Of a stretch of DNA of 64,000 nucleotides, positions 56,039 through 64,000 are shown in pieces. The notes under the pieces were generated by a model. That model was not told the DNA's origin. It saw nothing but the letters and a program-made list of their open reading frames with translations, and ran no database searches. The DNA lies in assembly GCA_021300195.1 (NCBI GenBank), contig JAJTIE010000003.1, forward strand, positions 31,547 through 95,546, written 5' to 3'. The position numbers and the translations under genes were made by a program. The number at the start of each line of letters is the position of its first letter. Positions within the stretch are counted from its first letter, which is position 1. The stretch comes from Bacteroidota bacterium. Lineage in GTDB: Bacteria > Bacteroidota > Bacteroidia > J057 > JAJTIE01.

Positions 56039-56716
56039 CTACTCTGTCGCTGGTGGGCTCTCTTCTCGGTGCTTTCCGTCGCCCTTTCGATGGTAGTACC
56101 ACTTTACCGGCTTGCTGTACAGCTCGGTGCCTGGGTTCCGGCGGATCCAGAAGCCCAGGCGGATTTGCGCCATGGGCAACCAAAACTGTCCGCTTGCGGG
56201 GTCGGCTTCAGCGGCACTTGCGGCCTTATATTTCTCCATGGCGTAGAGGACACCCAGGTTTACATCCAGGTACATCAGTCCCTGGGGGCGCAGGTCTATC
56301 CGCAGGCCGACCAGTAGCTGGTACAAATCCAGGTCTCTAACCCGACTGTTACCCGCTCTGTTTGCCGCTGTAAGGCCCCAGTCATCGTGCCAGGAGGCCT
56401 CTAGCATGGCTGCGATATAACGATTGCCGGGGTCCAGTCGCTTCAGGTAAAAGAGCTTTTGGCTTAGCCCAACCGACAGATACCCCAGGCCCGGTGCCAA
56501 ATGCAGGCTTGTGCCGCGGAAGCCCAGATCTGCGCTAGCCTTGCCGTACATATACGTCCCGCCCAGCCCTAGCGACCCACCCAGCTGTAAACGAGGCCGT
56601 GTGTTGAACTGCGCCTGTAGCCGGTAGGGGGGCAACAGGAGCAGGGGCAGCAGGAGCAAGAAAAAAAACCCTGCCCACCTGTATGGCCCGGAGTATGTAG
56701 TGACACGAAGGGGCAT
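56039..56716 (-). CDS. Hypothetical outer-membrane beta-barrel-like protein
   Basis: Signal-like N-terminus (FFFLLLLPLLLLPPYRLQAQ) and alternating hydrophobic beta-strand patterns. I recognised no named motif. Confidence 0.5.
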   Translation of the reverse strand: MPLRVTTYSGPYRWAGFFFLLLLPLLLLPPYRLQAQFNTRPRLQLGGSLGLGGTYMYGKASADLGFRGTSLHLAPGLGYLSVGLSQKLFYLKRLDPGNRYIAAMLEASWHDDWGLTAANRAGNSRVRDLDLYQLLVGLRIDLRPQGLMYLDVNLGVLYAMEKYKAASAAEADPASGQFWLPMAQIRLGFWIRRNPGTELYSKPVKWYYHRKGDGKHREESPPATE

Positions 56717-56724
56717 GCTGTAGC

Positions 56725-58725
56725 CTACGCAGCCTTGGCCGGTGAAACCCCTATGCTGCGGATCCCGCGCACCAGAATCTCCCAGTCCATGGACAGACTA
56801 TAGTGGTGGGCATAATGATAGTCCAGCTTATTTTTCTCTTTCCGGCTCAGAATACGGCCCTTGGTGCGACTGCTAAGCAGCCCCTCCAGGGTCAGCACCC
56901 CGTGCTTAATGCGCGGTAGCTCAGGCTGTGTTCCGTCTATGTAGCCTACCAGGTGCCGCTTGCCCATCAGCACAGACACAAGTGCGCGGATGGCGGACCC
57001 TGGGGCTCGATATAGCCAGGCCGTAAGGGGAAAGCACAGCAGCAGCAGCAGGCTGGCGGCATAGTCAAACACCTGCTTGCGAAAACGAACCTCTGGGTGC
57101 TCTAGCCGAGCATGCAGGGGCTGGCTGGCGGCACTGCTCAGGATCACGTTAGGCCCAATCAGATAGTCGGCCTGGTGGGGTACAATCTTGAAGTGGATGT
57201 GCTGGCTAGCCAGGCTCGTCATATGGCGGATGATCTCGTGTGTACTGAGCGACTGATTGCAGAACACAACTTCTTCTATCTTGTAGTAGCGGATGATCTC
57301 GTCCAGCTGGCCCGCCACGCCCAGCACATCGCCCTGGTGCATCTGCGCGTCCTTTCCCGTGTCATTGGGCAGCACGATGCCCACGCATACATGGGGGTAG
57401 TAGATCTGCTCGGCCAGCAGGTATTGCACCCGCTCGGCCTCTTGCCGGCTGCCCACTATCAAGTAGCGGCGCTGCGGAATCTGGTCCAGGAATAAACTGC
57501 CGCCCCGCATAAAGGTGGCGATGGCGCGCAGCAGGATGGTACTTAGCAGGGTGGCAGCCGCAATCAGCAATACTGTGCCCCGGCTAATATTGAGGTCCTG
57601 GAAAATAAAGTTGAGGGTGGCTATTCCGATAAAGCCAAACAAAGAGCCCAGTGCTGCAAGGCGAAGCCTGTAGGGCCTGGCATAAGCGCCCACGGATAGG
57701 AGCAGCAGCACAAAGGTGGTGGCATAGATGGGCGCCAGTATGGCCAGGTAGAAACGGTCTGACAGCAGGCTTGTATCCTGCTGTAGCACCTGCTGGTCGT
57801 AGAGCATACCCATGCTGAGGCTTATGCCATAGATGACGATCCACTCCAGCAGCGGGAAAAGACTGCGGCTAAGCACGCGGCTGCCGATGGACAACGAGGC
57901 GCGGAAGTAAATGGCCAGCTGAATGAGGAGCATAAAAAGGCGCCGCCGCCCTTTACTGAAGTGCTTTTCGGCAAAAATCAGCATGGCGCGGTAAAACACC
58001 AGCACATAGTTCAGGCTCCCCTTCCGGGTACTCTCGCCCTTGTAGTGTATAATCTGCGTGCCGCTGAAGTAGTGGTTTTCGTATCCGGCCTGGGTAATGC
58101 GATAGCTCAGGTCTATATCCTCGCCATACATAAAGTAGTCTTCATCCAGGTAGCCGATCTCCTCCAGCATCTGCCTGCGCAGAAACATACAGGCGCCCGA
58201 CAGTACTTCCACGCGGTGGTTTTTATTCGGGTCCAGGTACGAGAGGTGATAGCGACCAAACCGCCTACTGCGTGGAAATAGACGAGCCAGGCCGAACACC
58301 TTGTAGAACGCTACCCAGGGCGTGGGCAGTGCCCGCTTGCTCTCGGGCAGGAACTCGCCCTTTCCATTCACCATCTTTACGCCCAGCCCGCCTGCCCTTG
58401 GGTGGGCATCCAGGTAGGCCAGTACCTTAGTAAAGGTGTCTTCCTCCACAATGGTATCGGGATTCAGCAGCACCACGTATTCTCCACGGCTCTGTGCAAT
58501 GGCCTGGTTATTGGCTTTGCTGAAACCCACGTTGTCTCGGTTCGCAATCAGCTTTACCCAGGGGTAGTGCTTGCGAAGCATGGCCAAGCTGCCATCTACC
58601 GAGTTGTTGTCTACCACAAACACCTCTGCGGGCAGATGCTGAATAGCCCGCTGCACCGACGTGAGCGCCTGTGCCAGAAAGTGCTTGACATTGTAGTTTA
58701 CAAGTATGATAGAGAGTTTCAGCAT
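56725..58725 (-). CDS. Family 2 glycosyltransferase fused to a multi-TM region and a degenerate bacterial-sugar-transferase-like C-terminus
   Basis: N-terminal GT2 signature (SIILVNYNVKHFL...VFVVDNNSVDGS...NPD), then about five TM segments. The C-terminus begins like an undecaprenyl-phosphate sugar transferase (FRKQVFDYAASLLLLLCFPL) but lacks the catalytic core. Confidence 0.8.
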   Translation of the reverse strand: MLKLSIILVNYNVKHFLAQALTSVQRAIQHLPAEVFVVDNNSVDGSLAMLRKHYPWVKLIANRDNVGFSKANNQAIAQSRGEYVVLLNPDTIVEEDTFTKVLAYLDAHPRAGGLGVKMVNGKGEFLPESKRALPTPWVAFYKVFGLARLFPRSRRFGRYHLSYLDPNKNHRVEVLSGACMFLRRQMLEEIGYLDEDYFMYGEDIDLSYRITQAGYENHYFSGTQIIHYKGESTRKGSLNYVLVFYRAMLIFAEKHFSKGRRRLFMLLIQLAIYFRASLSIGSRVLSRSLFPLLEWIVIYGISLSMGMLYDQQVLQQDTSLLSDRFYLAILAPIYATTFVLLLLSVGAYARPYRLRLAALGSLFGFIGIATLNFIFQDLNISRGTVLLIAAATLLSTILLRAIATFMRGGSLFLDQIPQRRYLIVGSRQEAERVQYLLAEQIYYPHVCVGIVLPNDTGKDAQMHQGDVLGVAGQLDEIIRYYKIEEVVFCNQSLSTHEIIRHMTSLASQHIHFKIVPHQADYLIGPNVILSSAASQPLHARLEHPEVRFRKQVFDYAASLLLLLCFPLTAWLYRAPGSAIRALVSVLMGKRHLVGYIDGTQPELPRIKHGVLTLEGLLSSRTKGRILSRKEKNKLDYHYAHHYSLSMDWEILVRGIRSIGVSPAKAA

Positions 58726-59342
58726 CAGGCTTCGGTGGGTAGCAGGTAGTCGGTTCGGTGCATAAGCGAGCGGCCCAGGGTCAGCTCATCGGTATAGGCC
58801 AGGTCGCTACCCATAGGTATGCCCCGGGCGATATTGGTCATGCGAATGGGTACACCCCTCAGTTTTTTTACGATATAAAAGGCCGTTGTTTCGCCCTCCA
58901 TGGTGGAGCTTAGTGCCAGGATCAGCTCCTCGGTGCCCTGGGTATGCACACGCTGCACCAGGGAATCTATATTTAGGTCTGAGGGGCCGGTGCCGTTCAT
59001 CGGGTGGATCAAACCACCCAGCAAATGATATTGACCCTGGTACTGGCCAGTACGCTCTATGGCCATCAGGTCTCGTACATCCTCCACTACACAGATTTGC
59101 TTGTCGTTTCGGCGTGTATTCAGGCAGATGTTGCAGCGCGGGCCGTCGCTTATATTAAAACACTGCTGGCAGTACTGGGTACGCGTCTTCAGCTCTATCA
59201 GTGCGTGCCCTAGGGTCTCGCTCAGGCCATAGGGATCCTTCAGCAGCTGCAGGGCCATGCGCAGGGCTGTCTTCCGCCCAATGCCCGGTAACTGGGCCAG
59301 GGCTTCCACCACTTTTGCTATGGCATCCGAGGGGTACTCCAT
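58725..59342 (-). CDS. recR: Recombination protein RecR
   Basis: HhH motif LPGIGRKTALRMALQLL, Cys4 zinc finger CQQCFNISDGPRCNIC, and Toprim segment ICVVEDVRDLMAIE. I placed the start at MEYPSDAI (59342). Confidence 0.93.
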   Translation of the reverse strand: MEYPSDAIAKVVEALAQLPGIGRKTALRMALQLLKDPYGLSETLGHALIELKTRTQYCQQCFNISDGPRCNICLNTRRNDKQICVVEDVRDLMAIERTGQYQGQYHLLGGLIHPMNGTGPSDLNIDSLVQRVHTQGTEELILALSSTMEGETTAFYIVKKLRGVPIRMTNIARGIPMGSDLAYTDELTLGRSLMHRTDYLLPTEA

Positions 59343-59548
59343 GTACGCATGCAATGAAAACGACGCACAAGTTGGCACTTGCAGTTAAACTTGTGTACCA
59401 AGATAGGTAAAGCCTGTGTTATCTGGGCATGGTACTGGCCGGGCCGACTCATCTTCATGGTTATTTCATTTTTCGATCCGCTTTTTTTCAAGTACTGCCC
59501 GGGCACCGGCTTGTTTACAGCCTATTCAGAATCTGCACGTAATGTTCT

Positions 59549-60331
59549 CTATATGTGGGGATTTTGCTGCCATATCTGCCAGGCTGCCTCGGCCTGTAGC
59601 TCCAGCATTCGCAGTCCATTCTGCACCTGTGCACCCTGGCTGGCACCCGCCTGCATAAAGGCCGTGTCTGCAGGGTTATACACCAGGTCCATCAGCAGAT
59701 GGTGCCCAGTAAGTACTTGATAGGGAATGGGGGGCCTGCTACCCACATCCGGATGCATACCCAGGGGGGTCGTGTTGATGATCAGGGTGTGTGCCCGAAT
59801 CAGACCGGAGTCCAGGTCGGTGTAGGCCAGGTGGTTGGCCCCAGCACCCAGCGGTGTACTGCGGCTTACTAGCGTAATGCCCCTACAGCCGGGTAGCTGA
59901 TGCAGGGCATACTGAACAGCCTTGCTAGCCCCACCACTACCCAGTACCAGTGCGTGGAACGCGTCTGGCAAACTAAACGCTTCCAGTAGTGCCTGCCGGA
60001 AACCGGCCCAATCGGTATTATGCCCTCTCAGTCGCCCGTTGGGCTGAAACTCGATTGTGTTAACTGCGCCAATCCACTCGGCTTCCGGGCTCAGACTGTC
60101 CAGGTACGAGCGGATCTCCTCTTTATAAGGTATGGTAATATTTAGGCCCGAAAGTCGGGGCTCGGCAGCTACCCACTCGCGAAAGCCCACCAGACGCTCC
60201 CGCTCAAAGGCCTCGTACGCATAGGGCAACCCCAGCTGCTCGAACTTGCGCTGGAAGTAAGCCGGAGAAAAGCTGTGTCCCAGCTTCTTACCAACGAGCC
60301 CATACAGTCGCACTATTTTCTTATGTGGCAT
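59549..60331 (-). CDS. aroE: Shikimate dehydrogenase
   Basis: YGLVGKKLGHSFSPAYF substrate-binding N-terminus, GSGGASKAV Rossmann motif, 260 aa. Confidence 0.9.
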   Translation of the reverse strand: MPHKKIVRLYGLVGKKLGHSFSPAYFQRKFEQLGLPYAYEAFERERLVGFREWVAAEPRLSGLNITIPYKEEIRSYLDSLSPEAEWIGAVNTIEFQPNGRLRGHNTDWAGFRQALLEAFSLPDAFHALVLGSGGASKAVQYALHQLPGCRGITLVSRSTPLGAGANHLAYTDLDSGLIRAHTLIINTTPLGMHPDVGSRPPIPYQVLTGHHLLMDLVYNPADTAFMQAGASQGAQVQNGLRMLELQAEAAWQIWQQNPHI

Positions 60332-60487
60332 GAAACTAAATAGCTATCGTACAATATTAGCCCCTGTCGAGTAGATTTTTTCCGGCAAAGACAATATTTA
60401 TATGAAATAAATTTAGGAAAGTATTCGTACAGATTTCTATATTAGCAACCCGAATAGAGTCTGTCCAGCCCTTTGGATCTCGCACCT

Positions 60488-61516
60488 ATGAAAAAACTGA
60501 AGCCCTGTCTACTAGGTTTGCTTGCCCTTGTATATGTTCTGCCAGCTTCGGCCCAGGATCCGCAGTTTTCGCAGTACTATGCAAACAAGCTATGGCTCAG
60601 TCCTGCTTTTGCCGGTTCTGGCATTGGTCCCAGGTTCATCACCAGCTTTCGTTCCCAGTGGTCTGGCATACCGGGTGCATTCCGCACCTTTTCCGCCAGC
60701 TTCGATGCCCCCATCTACTTCGGGAACGTACAGAACGGCATCGGCTTCTCCGTACTGGCCGACCAGGCAGGCGATGGTGCCCTCACTACCCTGCAGCCGC
60801 TGTTTAACTATGCATTTCTGGTTGAGCTTTCCAATCATAGCGGGCTTCGCTTTGGTCTATCGGCAGGCCTGAACATTACCTCGATCGACTTTTTTGCCTT
60901 GCGCTTCCCAGACCAGCTACAGGCCGGGAGTGGTGGCGTAAGCCAGGAGTTCACCGGTGGGGGCGGGCTGTCCAACATCTCGAACAACAACCGGGTGCGT
61001 GAAGAAGTGGGTGCCGGTGTCATCTACTACAATCGGTACCTCTTTGCCGGTGCTACCATAAAGCACATTACGCAGCCTGAGCAGCGGCTGCTGGATGGTG
61101 CCCGCGTAAACAGTGTGGGCACCGAGCGTGTAGACACCCAGCTGCCCAGGATGATCAGCGGCTTTGCCGGCGGCAACATACCCCTGGACCCCCAGCTGAA
61201 AGGTACGATCATGCTTACCCCCACCGTGCTCTATCGTGTTCAGGGGCCCTTTAGCCAGGTGGATGTGGGTACCTACTTCAAATTCGATTACCTGTCCATT
61301 GGTGCCTACTACCGCGCCCTGGGCAATGACGCAATCATAGGCATAGTAGGCATAGACTATAACAACCTGCGCATAGGCTATAGCTATGACTACACCACCA
61401 GCCAGATAACCAACCGAGTAAGCGGTGGCTCGCACGAAATTTCGCTCAGCTACGAGCTGGAGCAGAAGCGCAAACGGCGTAAGCCAAAGCCAAAATTAAC
61501 TTGCCCCAATTTTTAA
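60488..61516 (+). CDS. PorP/SprF-family type IX secretion system membrane protein
   Basis: Signal peptide followed by the family signature AQDPQFSQYYANKLWLSPAFAG, with a beta-barrel pattern throughout. I placed the start at the ATG at 60488 (MKKLKPCLL). The ORF track begins at a TTG at 60473. Confidence 0.85.
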   Translation: MKKLKPCLLGLLALVYVLPASAQDPQFSQYYANKLWLSPAFAGSGIGPRFITSFRSQWSGIPGAFRTFSASFDAPIYFGNVQNGIGFSVLADQAGDGALTTLQPLFNYAFLVELSNHSGLRFGLSAGLNITSIDFFALRFPDQLQAGSGGVSQEFTGGGGLSNISNNNRVREEVGAGVIYYNRYLFAGATIKHITQPEQRLLDGARVNSVGTERVDTQLPRMISGFAGGNIPLDPQLKGTIMLTPTVLYRVQGPFSQVDVGTYFKFDYLSIGAYYRALGNDAIIGIVGIDYNNLRIGYSYDYTTSQITNRVSGGSHEISLSYELEQKRKRRKPKPKLTCPNF

Positions 61517-61541
61517 TTTACCGGGCATTCACTAAATCCGC

Positions 61542-61549
61542 TATCTTTG
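61542..61549 (+). promoter_or_regulatory. Bacteroidetes -7 promoter box TATCTTTG
   Basis: TATCTTTGCC lies 28 nt upstream of the ATG at 61578. Confidence 0.45.
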
Positions 61550-61577
61550 CCACACCTGATCCAAGATTAACTCCTAT

Positions 61578-62843
61578 ATGCTGAACGTAATGAAAAAACC
61601 ATTACTCCTTCTGGCTGTTGCCGCGCTGCTTGCAGGCTGTGCTACAGATATTGAGCGTGCCCCAAGCCAAAGCTCGGTTACTGGCCGGAATACCGAAGAA
61701 ATTGCAGAACACGCCTACTTCAAGCTAAGAGATCTGAAGTATCAGGGTCAGGAGGCGCCTCCAGGCATGGTCTTCATCGAGGGCGGTACCTTCCACATGG
61801 GTGGCGGTGAGCAGGACATTGAGTTTTCGAGCAATAACCGGGAACGCCAGGTATCTGTAACGAGCTTCTATATCGACCAGACAGAAATCACCAACCTGAG
61901 CTGGAAAGAATTTATGGCAGGGCTGGGCGGACAGCAGCAGTTTGAGGCCATGATGCCCGACACCACTGTGTGGTACAGGGAGCTTTCGTATAATGAGCCC
62001 TATGTGCTGTATTACTTTCAGCACCCCGGCTTCCTCCAATATCCGGTAGTGGGGGTAGACTGGTATCAGTGCATGGAGTTTTGCAAGTGGCGTACAAATG
62101 TGCTGAATGAGGACCTGGCTGCACAAGACCCCGAAAGCGTAGCCTACCCGGCTGTGCGCCTGCCAACAGAGGCCGAGTGGGAATATGCGGCACGTGCCGG
62201 ATATGAGCAGGAGAATTACCCCTGGGAGGGCAAGAGCCTCCGCGAGGCAGAAAGCCGGTTTTCCGGAGATTTCAACGCCAACTTCAAGCGCGGACGTGGA
62301 GACTATGCGGGCCGTAGCAACAAAGGCGGTTCCTTCCTGATAGAGGGGCTAAATGACAAATACATGATTCCAGCCCCTGTTACCGCATACATGCCGAACG
62401 AGTTTGGCCTGTATGAGATGGCTGGTAACGTAGGAGAATGGACGCTGGACGTATACCGTGTACTTTCCTACCAGGATGTGGAAGATCTGAACCCATTCCG
62501 CCGCCGCGGTAGGGTAACTGACCCCATGCAGCAGGACATCAGCTATGGACAGGATGGTGGCTCTGCCACTCCATCCGCACAGAACGGTCGCCTGTCGCTT
62601 CTGTATAGCAATCAGGCCGTGAAAGATTATGAGCAAAGCTATATATCCGCTGTGTTTGACCCCGCAGGCTTCGACAATTCCTATGACGACTACGACAACA
62701 CCCGCGTGTATCGTGGTGGCAGCTGGAATGACCCGGCCTATTACCTCACCTGTGGCAGCCGCCGCTTTATGTATGCGGACAGTTCAAGCTCTACCATCGG
62801 CTTCCGCTGTGTAATGACCCGTGTAGGCAGCCCGAGCGAATAG
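61578..62843 (+). CDS. GldJ/GldK(PorK)-like lipoprotein with a formylglycine-generating-enzyme (SUMF1) fold
   Basis: Lipobox LLAGC, then GMVFIEGGTFHMGG, SFYIDQTEITN, RLPTEAEWEYAARAG and RVYRGGSWND. These are the hallmarks of the FGE-sulfatase fold shared by GldJ and GldK/PorK. Confidence 0.8.
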   Translation: MLNVMKKPLLLLAVAALLAGCATDIERAPSQSSVTGRNTEEIAEHAYFKLRDLKYQGQEAPPGMVFIEGGTFHMGGGEQDIEFSSNNRERQVSVTSFYIDQTEITNLSWKEFMAGLGGQQQFEAMMPDTTVWYRELSYNEPYVLYYFQHPGFLQYPVVGVDWYQCMEFCKWRTNVLNEDLAAQDPESVAYPAVRLPTEAEWEYAARAGYEQENYPWEGKSLREAESRFSGDFNANFKRGRGDYAGRSNKGGSFLIEGLNDKYMIPAPVTAYMPNEFGLYEMAGNVGEWTLDVYRVLSYQDVEDLNPFRRRGRVTDPMQQDISYGQDGGSATPSAQNGRLSLLYSNQAVKDYEQSYISAVFDPAGFDNSYDDYDNTRVYRGGSWNDPAYYLTCGSRRFMYADSSSSTIGFRCVMTRVGSPSE

Positions 62844-62885
62844 GCTACCCACCACCCTGGTAAGAACCTTGGATAAAGCCCAGAT

Positions 62886-62918
62886 AAAAGAGGCCGGTAA
62901 GACATACCGGCCTCTTTT
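62886..62918 (+). terminator. Rho-independent terminator
   Basis: AAAAGAGGCCGGTA, loop AGACA, TACCGGCCTCTTTT. Confidence 0.85.
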
Positions 62919-63048
62919 GCATGAAAAAGGATCTTGCTGTTTTCTGTCTTAGGTTGGCGCTTATTTTTGAAGGCTTAATTTTTGTTAAACCCCGAACTCA
63001 ATAGCCGCCCCATCTGTTAGCGGCAAGACTGCATCTAAGCACACGCAC

Positions 63049-64000
63049 GTGAAAATTCCGCTATCGGTAAAAATAATCGATCATCTGTCTGATCGCCTGC
63101 AAAAGAAGTTCAACCCTGCGGAGGTTTCGGATCTTTACCGCTCATTTAGCGAGTACCCAGGCGAAGCTAGCCCACAGCAGCTCTTCAACGAGCTAAATGA
63201 TGTTGGCTCGCATGTGCTGCTGGTTTTTCAGGAGCAGGGGGTGCGCGAGGCAGAGTTTCTGCAGATGCTGGATATGCGCGTACTACCCATCCTGGCTTTT
63301 CGCGGCCAGGATGCGCCCAAGCCCATTTTGGTATTTGCCACCAGCCCACAGCAGGTAGAGGTGCTGGCTGTGGGAGAGCCCGGGGCCAGCCCCGAATGGA
63401 TGGACCCGAGAGAACTGGCCAGCGAACTGTACCGAGAGGAAGACCGGCTGTATGTTGTTACCCACGTGCAGGTAGACCCTACCTACAGCCAGCCCGACGG
63501 CCAGCATCTCTCGCCCGTAAAGCGCCTGTGGCGCCTGTTTTTTGCTGAGCGGAAGGATATCTTCTTCGTATACCTGTATGCCATTGCAGTGGGTCTGCTC
63601 AGCCTTACCACCCCCCTGGGGGTGCAGGCCATCATCGGCCTCATCAGTGGAGGCTTAATTCTGGAGCCGGTTGTGGTGCTCATCGGCTTTGTAATTGTGG
63701 GCACGCTGCTAAGTGGCGTGCTGCAGGTGCTACAGGTCAGCATCGTCGAGTCCATCAAGCAGCGGGTGTTTGCCAAGGCGGCTTTTGAGTTCGCCTTTCG
63801 CATGCCGCGCATCCGGACGGACAGCCTGAAGGACAAGTATGCACCCGAATTGATGAACCGCTTCTTCGAGGTGCTGACCATACAGAAGGGGTTCAGCAAG
63901 ATCCTGACCGATGTACTGAGCAGCCTGCTACAGGTACTCTTTGGCCTACTGCTTCTGGCATTTTATCACCCCTTCTTTATTTTCTTCGGAGCGCTACTCA
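63049..64000 (+). CDS. ABC exporter with an N-terminal C39-peptidase-like (apparently non-catalytic) domain, 5' part only (runs off the right edge)
   Basis: Not in the ORF track because it has no stop in the window. My translation from the GTG at 63049 gives VKIPLSVKIIDHLSDRLQKK... (about 150 aa, soluble, no Cys). The first TM helices of an ABC type-1 exporter membrane domain follow (RLWRLFFAERKDIFFVYLYAIAVGLLSLTTPLGVQAII...). Confidence 0.7.
   Translation, partial: MKIPLSVKIIDHLSDRLQKKFNPAEVSDLYRSFSEYPGEASPQQLFNELNDVGSHVLLVFQEQGVREAEFLQMLDMRVLPILAFRGQDAPKPILVFATSPQQVEVLAVGEPGASPEWMDPRELASELYREEDRLYVVTHVQVDPTYSQPDGQHLSPVKRLWRLFFAERKDIFFVYLYAIAVGLLSLTTPLGVQAIIGLISGGLILEPVVVLIGFVIVGTLLSGVLQVLQVSIVESIKQRVFAKAAFEFAFRMPRIRTDSLKDKYAPELMNRFFEVLTIQKGFSKILTDVLSSLLQVLFGLLLLAFYHPFFIFFGALL

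Noticed and set aside
59366-59395. TTGGCACTTGCA (59372-59383), which looks like sigma-54 -24/-12 elements, embedded in an 8-bp inverted repeat (CACAAGTT...AACTTGTG) upstream of recR.
   Set aside because: TGGCAC and TTGCA are directly abutting rather than separated by the required ~5 nt, and they lie on the strand opposite to recR. The hairpin may be a weak aroE terminator or an operator, but I cannot support either reading.
62919-63048. The expectation that gldL/gldM/gldN would follow the GldK-like gene.
   Set aside because: A strong terminator follows the lipoprotein gene. The next ORF translates as an ABC exporter (a C39-like domain plus exporter TM helices), not as the two-TM GldL.
1-64000. 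A search by eye for CRISPR arrays, IS elements or transposases, integrases, prophage genes, toxin-antitoxin pairs, restriction-modification genes or other defence genes, and rRNA.
   Set aside because: I found no spaced direct-repeat array, no terminal inverted repeats flanking an ORF, and no protein with DDE, tyrosine- or serine-recombinase, nuclease-ATPase or methyltransferase motifs. The only repeats seen are the short tandem duplications listed above.

Overview
This 64-kb window looks like a chromosomal segment of a Bacteroidota genome. GC content is moderately high by eye. The taxon call rests on four observations. Several proteins end in type IX secretion (T9SS) C-terminal sorting domains. 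PorP/SprF, PorE-like and GldJ/GldK-like genes are present. Many genes follow the Bacteroidetes -7 promoter box TAnnTTTG. Shine-Dalgarno sequences are essentially absent.

Most of the content is housekeeping: rplU-rpmA, carA, queA, ispD, tyrS, gcvT, dapB, recR, aroE, a type III glutamine synthetase, rfbC, UDP-xylose synthase, tRNA-Lys(UUU) and tRNA-Ser(GGA). Three accessory modules sit among these genes:
- A complete kdpFABC potassium-uptake locus on the minus strand, with an operon-embedded porin, a KdpD sensor split into two genes, and a sigma-54-type (NtrC-like) response regulator.
- A CusRS-like two-component pair followed by a heavy-metal RND efflux operon.
- Several T9SS cargo and component genes, including a 1601-aa adhesin with a type B CTD.

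I saw no rRNA, CRISPR array, transposase, integrase, prophage or recognisable defence gene.

The most unusual observations are:
- The RND pump (CzcA-like) and its outer-membrane factor (CzcC-like) form one 1459-codon ORF. They are joined at an A6-G-A6 tract that has stop codons in both alternative frames, followed by an in-frame GTG plus a signal-peptide-like segment.
- The kdp leader carries a sigma-54-like -24 element and two palindromes.
- A 0.48-kb ORF-free stretch lies between two intrinsic terminators.
- A PorP/SprF plus GldJ/K-like pair has no gldLMN next to it.

I did not find a clear-cut new multi-gene system. All functional calls come from reading motifs in the supplied translations. 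No database search was run, and start codons are my best guesses.
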